NCBI GenBank assembly: GCA_038918905.1
Contig: JBCKZS010000011.1
Span: forward strand, 1,062 to 65,061
Direction: 5' to 3'
From: Vicinamibacterales bacterium
GTDB taxonomy: Bacteria > Acidobacteriota > Vicinamibacteria > Vicinamibacterales > SCN-69-37
DNA: 64,000 bases
A program made the position numbers and the translations under genes. Below, one piece after another: positions 9,453 through 16,842 of the stretch. How positions within the stretch are numbered: position 1 is the stretch's first letter; every line of letters starts with the position of its first letter. A model generated the notes under the pieces. It was not told where the DNA came from, did no database searches, and was given only the letters and a program-made list of their open reading frames with translations.

Positions 9453-10711
9453 TGGCTTCTCTCGTTGTGCGTGGTGGGCGCCAACTGTCGGGCCGGATTG
9501 CCGTGGCGGGTAACAAGAACGCCGCGTTGCCCTTGCTGGCGGCGTGCGTGCTGACGCCGGACCCGTGCGAATTGCGCAATGTGCCGCAGATTCGCGACGT
9601 GGCCGTGATGATTGCCCTGCTTCGCTCGCTTGGCGCCACCGTGGAAGGGGAGGAAACGTCCACGCTGCGGGTGACCTGCGCGGACATCACCTCGGGCGCG
9701 CCTGACCCTGCCCTGGTCGGCCGGCTGCGCGGCTCGGTGATGCTCATGGGCTCGCTGCTCGCACGGGTGGGGTGGGCGAGCCTGGCCCCTCCGGGTGGAG
9801 ACTTTCCCGCGCGCCGGACCATCACCACCCACCTGCGGGCGCTCAGCGCGCTGGGGGCCCGCGTCACCGAAGGATCCGCCGGGCATCGGCTTGAGGCCCC
9901 CGAGGGGTTGCGCGCCGCGTCGATGTATCTGCCCGAGGCCAGCGTCACGGGCACGGAAACCGCGCTCATGGCCGCGGCCGCCGCTGACGGCGTCACCGAG
10001 ATTCGCCACGCCGCGTGTGAACCCCACGTCGTCGAGTTGTGCCGGATGCTGCGCGCGATGGGCGCGGGCGTGGAAGGCGAGGGCACGTCCACGATTCGCG
10101 TCACCGGCACGCGATCGCTGCGCGGCGCGACCCACACGTTGCGTGGCGACTACATCGAGGCGGCCAGTTGGGGCGTGGTGGGCGCGGTCACGGGAAGCGC
10201 ACTCACCATCACCGGATGCCACGCCGTCGACCTCGAGCCGGCCACGACCGTGCTGGGGGAGATGGGACTGACCTTCGACTTGCGCGACGACACGTTCGTC
10301 GTGCACCCGTCGGACCTGCGCGCTGCCAAGCGCATCACCACGGGCCTCTGGCCCGCGTTCCCGTCCGACATCGTCAGTCTGGTGACCGTGCTGGCGACGC
10401 AGGCCACTGGGCGCACGCTGCTGCACGACTGGATGTACGAGTTGCGGCTGTTTGCCCTGGAGCAACTCAGCGCGATGGGCGCTGACCTCTTCCTCTGCGA
10501 CTCTCACCGCATCATCGTGACCGGTCCGTCCCCCTTGCGGGGCCGGTCGCTCGACAGCCGGGACATTCGATCGGGGATGGCGCTGGTGGCCGCGGCGCTG
10601 GTCGCCGAAGGCGAGAGCCGTATTCTGGAGATTGAGACGGTCGAGCGCGGCTACGCGGACCTGGTGAACCGGCTCACTTCACTTGGGGCCGACATCGAGC
10701 GGGCGGAGTAG
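9452..10711 (+). CDS. murA: UDP-N-acetylglucosamine 1-carboxyvinyltransferase with Asp at the Cys115-equivalent position
   Basis: GNKNAALPLLAA, PAFPSD and DIRSG motifs. The loop reads PPGGDFPARR where E. coli has LPGGCTIGARP. Confidence 0.85.
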   Translation: MASLVVRGGRQLSGRIAVAGNKNAALPLLAACVLTPDPCELRNVPQIRDVAVMIALLRSLGATVEGEETSTLRVTCADITSGAPDPALVGRLRGSVMLMGSLLARVGWASLAPPGGDFPARRTITTHLRALSALGARVTEGSAGHRLEAPEGLRAASMYLPEASVTGTETALMAAAAADGVTEIRHAACEPHVVELCRMLRAMGAGVEGEGTSTIRVTGTRSLRGATHTLRGDYIEAASWGVVGAVTGSALTITGCHAVDLEPATTVLGEMGLTFDLRDDTFVVHPSDLRAAKRITTGLWPAFPSDIVSLVTVLATQATGRTLLHDWMYELRLFALEQLSAMGADLFLCDSHRIIVTGPSPLRGRSLDSRDIRSGMALVAAALVAEGESRILEIETVERGYADLVNRLTSLGADIERAE

Positions 10712-10713
10712 CC

Positions 10714-10733
10714 GGCGCGGCTGAAGCCACGCC
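10714..10733. terminator. GC-rich hairpin (8-bp stem with one mismatch, TGAA loop) between convergent murA and permease genes
   Basis: GGCGCGGC-TGAA-GCCACGCC read directly from the sequence. No U-tract. Confidence 0.4.
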
Positions 10734-10746
10734 CTTGTGTCTTGCC

Positions 10747-11967
10747 TCACTCGAAGCGCAGGGCTTCGATCGGGTCCAGCCCGGCGGCTTTGCGGGCGGG
10801 GTAGTAGCCGAAGAACACGCCGATGCTGCCGGCGACGCCGAACGCCATGATGACGGCATCGACGGGCACGACCGCGGGCCAGTCGCGATACCAGCGCACG
10901 AACTCCGCAGCGCCGAACCCCAGGGCAATCCCCAGGACGCCGCCCGCCAGGCTGATGAGCAGCGCCTCGACGAGGAACTGCAGGAGCACGTCCCCGCCCC
11001 TGGCGCCGATCGCCATCCGCAGGCCAATCTCCCGCGTCCGTTCGGTGACCGACACCAGCATGATGTTCATGATGCCGATGCCGCCCACCATCAGCGAGAC
11101 GCCGGCGATGCCCGCCAGCAGCGATGTCAGCGTGTTGGTCGCTTCGGTCCGCATCGCCACCAGGTCGTCCATGGTCTGGACGCGGAAATCATCGTCCTGG
11201 CCCGGCCCGATGTCGTGTTGCACCCGCAGCAGTGTCGAGACGGCGGCTGACGCCTTCGGAATCATGTCGCCGGAGATGGCGGAGGCCAGAATGTAGTTCA
11301 GATGCTGGGCGCCCGTGATCTTCTTCTGCACCGTGGTGTAGGGCATGAAGACCTGGTCATCCTGGTTCTGGCCTGACGAGGACGCGCCCTTGGGGGCCAT
11401 GACGCCGACGACCTTGACGACGTGGTTGCGGATGCGGACCTGCTCGCCGGTCGGATCGACCTCGGCGCCGAAGAGGATCTCGGCGACGTTGACCCCCAGC
11501 GCCACGACCTTGGCCGCACTCTGCACGTCCTGTTCCGTGAAAAACGCGCCGTGTGTCATCGGCCACGACTTGACGAGCGTATAGTCCACGCCGGTGCCGA
11601 CGATGCTGGCGTTCCAGTTCTGATTGCCCGCGATGACCTGCTGGCGCGAGGTCACGCCCTCGGCGACATAGGCGATCTCCGGCAATCCACGAAGCGCCTG
11701 GGCGTCGGCCACGACCAGGCGCGGCGAGTGGCCTTCCCCCATGCGCACGCCGCCGGCCGTGGTGAAGTTACCTGGGAAAATCGTGATCATGTTGGTGCCG
11801 GCCCCGCGAATCTGTTCTTCAATCGCGGCCTGCGCGCCGTTGCCAAGGGCCACCAGCGTAATGACGGCGCCCACGCCGATGATCATGCCGAGCATGGTCA
11901 ACGACGTGCGCATCTTGTTGCGGGCCAGGGCCTTCAAGGCCACACGAAACACCATCAGGATTGACAT
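10747..11967 (-). CDS. MacB/FtsX-family ABC transporter permease (no ATPase adjacent)
   Basis: FRVALKALARNKMRTSLTMLGMIIGVGAVI N-terminus, a large periplasmic domain and a C-terminal FtsX helix bundle with ERTREIG. Confidence 0.85.
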   Translation of the reverse strand: MSILMVFRVALKALARNKMRTSLTMLGMIIGVGAVITLVALGNGAQAAIEEQIRGAGTNMITIFPGNFTTAGGVRMGEGHSPRLVVADAQALRGLPEIAYVAEGVTSRQQVIAGNQNWNASIVGTGVDYTLVKSWPMTHGAFFTEQDVQSAAKVVALGVNVAEILFGAEVDPTGEQVRIRNHVVKVVGVMAPKGASSSGQNQDDQVFMPYTTVQKKITGAQHLNYILASAISGDMIPKASAAVSTLLRVQHDIGPGQDDDFRVQTMDDLVAMRTEATNTLTSLLAGIAGVSLMVGGIGIMNIMLVSVTERTREIGLRMAIGARGGDVLLQFLVEALLISLAGGVLGIALGFGAAEFVRWYRDWPAVVPVDAVIMAFGVAGSIGVFFGYYPARKAAGLDPIEALRFE

Positions 11968-11970
11968 AGC

Positions 11971-12002
11971 AGTCCAGAAGTCCAGGAGTCCGGAAGTCCG
12001 AA
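11971..12002. repeat. 4 x 8-bp tandem repeat AGTCCRGR filling the secretin-permease spacer
   Basis: The units agtccaga, agtccagg, agtccgga and agtccgaa are contiguous and end 3 nt from the permease ATG. Confidence 0.9.
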
Positions 12003-12010
12003 TCCTTCGC

Positions 12011-13768
12011 TCACTTGATGATGACGTCCCTCGGCGGTGGGGGCACGATGGGCGTGAATTCCACCGGCAGCCCCCCGCCGCCGTCTCGCGGGACGCGCAG
12101 GGGACGCAGGTCTTCCTCGGTCAACTCCAACACCCGCACAATGTGCGGCGTGAGCGTGAGGACGATATCAGTTTCCTGGGTCTCGCGCTTGTTGCGGGCA
12201 AAGAGGCGCCCGATCACCGGCAGGTCGGACAGGCCGGGAATGCCATCGAGCACCGTGCGTTCGTTGTCGCGGATGAGGCCGGCCATGATGTTCGTCTCGC
12301 CATCACGCAGACGGAGGGTCGTGACGATCTCACGGTTGCCGAACGTCGGGTAGCCCGAGAAACCGGTGCCGGACACGGTGCTGAGCGACACCTTCACCTG
12401 CAGCGTGACGTCGTTGTTGGCGTGGGTGCGCGGCGTGATGTCGATGTTGACGCCGATGTTCTCGTAGTTGACGTTCTGGATGATTTGTTGATTGGCGCCC
12501 CCCTGAAAGAGCGGCACGACCTGCGAGGACGGCACGGGCACACGTTCCCCGAACTTGGCCTGGGCGAGCGAACCGTCGATGGTGCGCAGGTGCGGGTTGG
12601 CGAGCGTCCGGGTATTGGTGTCGGTCTTGAGCAGACGGTAGTAGAGCGCCGGGATGCCGGAGACCAGGACGTCGGCCTGCGTGAGGCTGCGCAGGCTCCG
12701 CAAGGTCATCTGATCGCTGTTGGGATCGAGGGCGCCGTCGATGCCTGGTGAACCGGGCGACGAAAACTGCAGGCCGTACTCACGGAGGTTGGTCCGATCC
12801 ACCTCGAGGATCTCGACGTTGATGATGACTTCGGCGCGGGCCTTGTCGATGGCCGCGAGGAGCCGTCCGACCGCCTGCAGGCGCTCCGGCGTGTCGCGAA
12901 TGGTCAACGTGTTGGTGCTGACCGGTTGAATCTGCCGCACGTCGGCGACCACACGCAGCAGGTCCACGACTTCCTTCATGTCGAGGTTGCTGACGAAGAA
13001 CGTGCGAATTTCCTCGTCGGTGTACTCGCGCCGTTTGGCCGGGTTGTCCGGAATGATCGTCAGGGTGCGGGGGCCCGTGACCTTGTAGAAGCTTGACGTG
13101 GCGGCCGCGACGGCGTCGAGCGCCCGGCGCAGCGTCATGTCGCGCAAACTGACTTCAGCGGGTGTCTCTCGGAACTGCGAGTCAAACACCACACTCAGGC
13201 CGCCGAGTTTCGCGAGCATCAGATAGAGCTGCCGGCTGGTCGTCCGCGGACCGGTGTCGATGGTGCCCGGCAGCGTCACGTCGGGCAGTTCAAGGCCCGA
13301 CGGCGGCAGGTCGCGCGTGCGGGCGAGGAGGGTCTCGAGCGCGGTGGGGCCCCCCTCGGGCACCGCCAGTTTCGCGCGCAGGGCGGTGCGGGCCGCGCGC
13401 AAGTCCGACTCGATGACGGCATTGGCCGGGTTCAACTCGTACGCCAACTGCAGCTCGACCACGGCATCGTCGTATTTGCCCTGCGAGAACAGGCGGCGGC
13501 CCCGGCCGAGGTGCGACTGGGAGGCGCGCAATTTCGCGCGGTCGAGGCCCAGACGGGCCTCGCGGTTCTCGGGTTGTGTGCGCACCAGCCGCGCGTAGTA
13601 CGCGACCGCGAGGTCGAAGTCTTCGGCGGTTTCGGCGGCGCGGGCCTGCCGCATCAGGGCACTCGTCGCACACGCGGCCGTGATGGCGAGTGCGACGCCG
13701 ACGAGAGCCAGCCGCGCCAGCCATCGCCGCGCGAACGTGTTACCGGGCGCGTCCAGACGATACGACAT
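12011..13768 (-). CDS. secretin-family outer-membrane channel with N-terminal lipobox and TPR region (putative liposecretin)
   Basis: LALVGVALAITAAC lipobox-like signal, TPR-like helices, then GspD/PilQ-type N domains and a secretin core (GIPGLSDLPVIGRLF, LTLTPHIV). The start is taken at MSYRL. An alternative ATG lies at 13801. Confidence 0.8.
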   Translation of the reverse strand: MSYRLDAPGNTFARRWLARLALVGVALAITAACATSALMRQARAAETAEDFDLAVAYYARLVRTQPENREARLGLDRAKLRASQSHLGRGRRLFSQGKYDDAVVELQLAYELNPANAVIESDLRAARTALRAKLAVPEGGPTALETLLARTRDLPPSGLELPDVTLPGTIDTGPRTTSRQLYLMLAKLGGLSVVFDSQFRETPAEVSLRDMTLRRALDAVAAATSSFYKVTGPRTLTIIPDNPAKRREYTDEEIRTFFVSNLDMKEVVDLLRVVADVRQIQPVSTNTLTIRDTPERLQAVGRLLAAIDKARAEVIINVEILEVDRTNLREYGLQFSSPGSPGIDGALDPNSDQMTLRSLRSLTQADVLVSGIPALYYRLLKTDTNTRTLANPHLRTIDGSLAQAKFGERVPVPSSQVVPLFQGGANQQIIQNVNYENIGVNIDITPRTHANNDVTLQVKVSLSTVSGTGFSGYPTFGNREIVTTLRLRDGETNIMAGLIRDNERTVLDGIPGLSDLPVIGRLFARNKRETQETDIVLTLTPHIVRVLELTEEDLRPLRVPRDGGGGLPVEFTPIVPPPPRDVIIK

Positions 13769-14408
13769 GGGTACCTCGTGGAAAGGTGAAGACAAACTCA
13801 CTGTCGGTCAACCCCGCGTTTTCGCGCAGGTTGGAGAACCGGATGATTGACGTGCCGCCCTGATGGTCCACCGTGCTCAGCCCCTTGAAGGCGAGTGAAG
13901 CGCGATCGACATACAGCGTCAACGTGGCGAAGTCGTCCTGGCGCACGCGCGGTGTGAGCCGCAGGTGCCACTCGCCGTCGGGATGGGTGGTGGGCATTGA
14001 CGCCGTGAAATCACGCTGCAGATCGCCCCGCCCCGTCAGAAACAGCACCGCGGTGGACAGGTTGTCGCCGGTGGGCATCGGACTTCTGGTGCCGGTGCGG
14101 TCGCTCGCGTTGTAGTAATACAGTTGCGCGCCGTCGGCGACCAGCGATTGACGATGGGGCGCGCTGTAGGCCCACCACATCCGGCCGGGCTTCTTGACAC
14201 GGACCTGGCCGCGTTGTTCCGATTGCACCGCCCGCAGGACTCCGCCCTGCATCGTCTGTGAAAAGTCCGCGCGGAAGTCGCGAATCGTCGCGTACCGCTT
14301 CTGCAGCGACGCGGCAAGGTCCCCCGGCGACGGCGCCTGACCGGCGACGGGGAGGGCGGCGGCCAGCAGGCCGACGACCAGCGCTGGCGTGATGCTCCAG
14401 GGGCGCAT
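13740..14408 (-). CDS. lolA: outer-membrane lipoprotein carrier protein LolA-like
   Basis: Signal peptide, then LQKRYATIRDFRADFSQT...G.VRVKKPGRMWW, collinear with E. coli LolA. Confidence 0.8.
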   Translation of the reverse strand: MRPWSITPALVVGLLAAALPVAGQAPSPGDLAASLQKRYATIRDFRADFSQTMQGGVLRAVQSEQRGQVRVKKPGRMWWAYSAPHRQSLVADGAQLYYYNASDRTGTRSPMPTGDNLSTAVLFLTGRGDLQRDFTASMPTTHPDGEWHLRLTPRVRQDDFATLTLYVDRASLAFKGLSTVDHQGGTSIIRFSNLRENAGLTDSEFVFTFPRGTHVVSSGRAR

Positions 14409-14480
14409 GCGCCCATGTTAGCCCGGATCTCACCACGCCGTGGAGGCGGGCGGGTATACTCGGCGGCGTGGAGGATGTCA

Positions 14481-14705
14481 ATGTCGCGTGACGAAGCGAA
14501 CGCCTTATTGGCGCTCAAGAATGCCTGGCTGGGGGTGGTGACCTCCGCGGCCGAGATCCAGCACATGTCGCCGGCCGTGCAGGCCGTGCCTGAGAAGACG
14601 CCCGTGGCGGACCTCGACCTCGAGACCTATCACCGGGTCACCATGGCCCACGCCAACGCCCTGATGGCCCTCCGCGGGCTCATTGAGGAACTCCGGCCCC
14701 GGTAG
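14481..14705 (+). CDS. hypothetical small protein
   Basis: 74-aa ORF with GGAGG 6 nt upstream of the ATG at 14481. No recognisable family. Confidence 0.3.
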   Translation: MSRDEANALLALKNAWLGVVTSAAEIQHMSPAVQAVPEKTPVADLDLETYHRVTMAHANALMALRGLIEELRPR

Positions 14706-14752
14706 ATGAATGGGCGAGGCGGGCCTCGCCCTGTACGCTCGGGTAAAACGAT

Positions 14753-14828
14753 TGGTGGACGGCGCGAGGATCGAACTCGCGACCTCTACGATGCGAACGT
14801 AGCGCTCTCCCAGCTGAGCTAGCCGCCC
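14753..14828 (-). tRNA. tRNA-Ala (anticodon CGC)
   Basis: 76-nt cloverleaf read by hand. It has the G3:U70 identity pair, the anticodon loop TTCGCAT, a GGTTCGATCC-type T arm and an encoded CCA. Confidence 0.95.
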
Positions 14829-14927
14829 CCACAGGTGTCACCGCGACTGCGGCGAGCCCCAATTCTAGCCCGATCGTCGACAGCCCGGCAAGGGGTGCGC
14901 ATCCGTTGCGATACACTCGAATCCCAC

Positions 14928-16010
14928 ATGACAACAGTGAAGAGAATTGGGATTCTGACGGGCGGGGGCGATGCGCCTGGCTTGAATGCCGTGATTCGCG
15001 CCGTGGTGAAAGCGGCGGCCAATGCCGGCGTGGAATGTCTGGGGCTGGAGGACAGCTTCGACGGTCTGATCTTCCCGGAACGCTCGCGGCCGCTGACACC
15101 ACGCGACGTGACCGGGATCCTGCGACTGGGCGGCACCATTCTTGGTACCACCAATCGCGGCAATCCGTTTGCCTATCCGGTCAACACGTCATCGGGACCC
15201 GCCGACTACTCGGACCGGTGTGTCGAGAACTTCCACACGCTGGGCCTCGACGGGCTCGTCGTGATCGGCGGCGACGGCACGTTGGCCATCGCCTACGAAC
15301 TGCACAAGCGCGGCGTGCCCATGGTCGGCGTGCCCAAGACCATCGACAACGACATCGTGGAGACCACGATGACGTTCGGATTTGACACGGCGGTCGAGTT
15401 CGCCACGGATGCGATCGACCGGCTGCACTCGACCGCGCAGGCGCATCACCGCGTGATGGTGGTCGAGGTGATGGGCCGCTACGCCGGCTGGATCGCCCTG
15501 CACTCGGGCATCGCCGGCGGCGCCGACGTCGTCCTGATCCCGGAACTGCCGTACGACCTCAGGAAGGTGGCCGCCCACATCATGGCGCGCGAAGTCTGGG
15601 GCGCGCGCTTCAGCATCGTCGTCACCGCCGAAGGCGCGGCGCCGATTGGGGGCGCGCGCACGGTGAAAACGGAGGGCACCGCCGACCGCATGGAACGGCT
15701 GGGCGGCATCGCCGAACGCGTGGCCCGCGAACTCGAACCGTTGACCGGGAAGGAATGCCGGCACGTGGTGCTGGGCCACCTGCAGCGCGGCGGCTCGCCG
15801 ACGTCCTACGACCGCGTGCTGGCCACGCGCTTCGGCAACGCCGCGGTCGAACTCATGCTGCGCGGCAGCTTCGGTGTCATGACGGCGCTGCATCCGCCTG
15901 ATGTGGTCGCCGTGCCGATTGCCAGTGTGGTCGGCCGCACGCGCCACGTGCCTGCCGACTCGGACATCGTGCGCACGGCCAAACACGTCGGCATCTGCTT
16001 CGGAGATTGA
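14928..16010 (+). CDS. pfk: 6-phosphofructokinase (phosphoryl donor not assignable)
   Basis: IGILTGGGDAPGLN, GGDGT and PKTIDND motifs. The start is taken at MTTVKRIG. Confidence 0.9.
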   Translation: MTTVKRIGILTGGGDAPGLNAVIRAVVKAAANAGVECLGLEDSFDGLIFPERSRPLTPRDVTGILRLGGTILGTTNRGNPFAYPVNTSSGPADYSDRCVENFHTLGLDGLVVIGGDGTLAIAYELHKRGVPMVGVPKTIDNDIVETTMTFGFDTAVEFATDAIDRLHSTAQAHHRVMVVEVMGRYAGWIALHSGIAGGADVVLIPELPYDLRKVAAHIMAREVWGARFSIVVTAEGAAPIGGARTVKTEGTADRMERLGGIAERVARELEPLTGKECRHVVLGHLQRGGSPTSYDRVLATRFGNAAVELMLRGSFGVMTALHPPDVVAVPIASVVGRTRHVPADSDIVRTAKHVGICFGD

Positions 16011-16015
16011 TGTAC

Positions 16016-16039
16016 GGACCCCTGGACCCCTGGACCTTC
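16016..16039. repeat. 3 x 8-bp tandem repeat GGACCYYY just after the pfk stop
   Basis: The units ggacccct, ggacccct and ggaccttc are contiguous. Confidence 0.85.
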
Positions 16040-16091
16040 TTACTGGCACTGGTAGTAGACACCGCCGGAGCCTACGATCCCGCACACGTAG

Positions 16092-16640
16092 ATGTCCGGC
16101 AACGTCCTCAACAGAAAACTCCACTACTGGGGCGCGGCCGTTATCGCCGTTCCGATCCTGGCGATGATCATCACCGGCGTGTTGCTTCAGATGAAGAAAC
16201 ATTGGACGTGGGTGCAGCCGGCCGAACACCGGGGATCCACGACGACGCCGGCGATTGAGCTCAGCGACATCTTGACCGCGATCCAGCAGCACGATCACCC
16301 GAATGTCCTGGTCCGGAGTTGGGCCGACATCAAGCGCCTGGACGTTCAGCCCGACCGCGGTGTGGCGAAGGCCACGCTGCAGACCGACTGGGAAGTGCAG
16401 GTCGATCTGGGCACGGGACGGGTGCTGCAGGTGGCCTATCGGCGCAGCGACTGGATCGAAACGATCCACGACGGATCGATCTTTGGGGACGTCGTCAAGT
16501 TGGGTGTCATTTTGCCGTCGGGCCTCATCCTGTTGTTCCTGTGGGGCAGCGGGATGTGGATGTGGATCTATCCGCTCCTGAACCGGCGCCGGGTGCGGCG
16601 CCGCAAGGCCGCATCCGTCCTCAGGTCGTCGTCGCTCTGA
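16092..16640 (+). CDS. PepSY-domain membrane protein
   Basis: An N-terminal and a C-terminal TM helix flank a PepSY-like periplasmic segment. Confidence 0.65.
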   Translation: MSGNVLNRKLHYWGAAVIAVPILAMIITGVLLQMKKHWTWVQPAEHRGSTTTPAIELSDILTAIQQHDHPNVLVRSWADIKRLDVQPDRGVAKATLQTDWEVQVDLGTGRVLQVAYRRSDWIETIHDGSIFGDVVKLGVILPSGLILLFLWGSGMWMWIYPLLNRRRVRRRKAASVLRSSSL

Positions 16641-16842
16641 CGACGTCGGCGGCGGCGGCCACGGTCGTAGTGCCGCCGAGCGCCACCATTTGCAGCAGTC
16701 TGGCGTTGGCGCCCGACACGTCTCCCGCCAGCAGGGCGCCCACCTGACCGTCGATGTCGGGGCGCTCGAGCCACGCGGCGGCGCCGGTCGCCGGATCCAG
16801 CGTCATCGAGATGGTGCCGCCGGTGAAGAGCAGGCCGATCAT
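16621..16842 (-). CDS. 73-aa ORF carrying the asparaginase N-terminal signature (probable gene remnant)
   Basis: LLFTGGTIS matches the asparaginase threonine active-site signature. The start overlaps the thrC stop (TGATG). It is far shorter than any asparaginase domain. Confidence 0.35.
   Translation of the reverse strand: MIGLLFTGGTISMTLDPATGAAAWLERPDIDGQVGALLAGDVSGANARLLQMVALGGTTTVAAAADVVRATTT

Noticed and set aside
14706-14927. The tRNA-Ala, and likewise the tRNA-fMet at 60887, might be an integration site of a genomic island.
   Set aside because: There is no integrase, no direct repeat of the tRNA 3' end and no compositional change in the flanking genes (pfk, and dcd or the lipoprotein gene).
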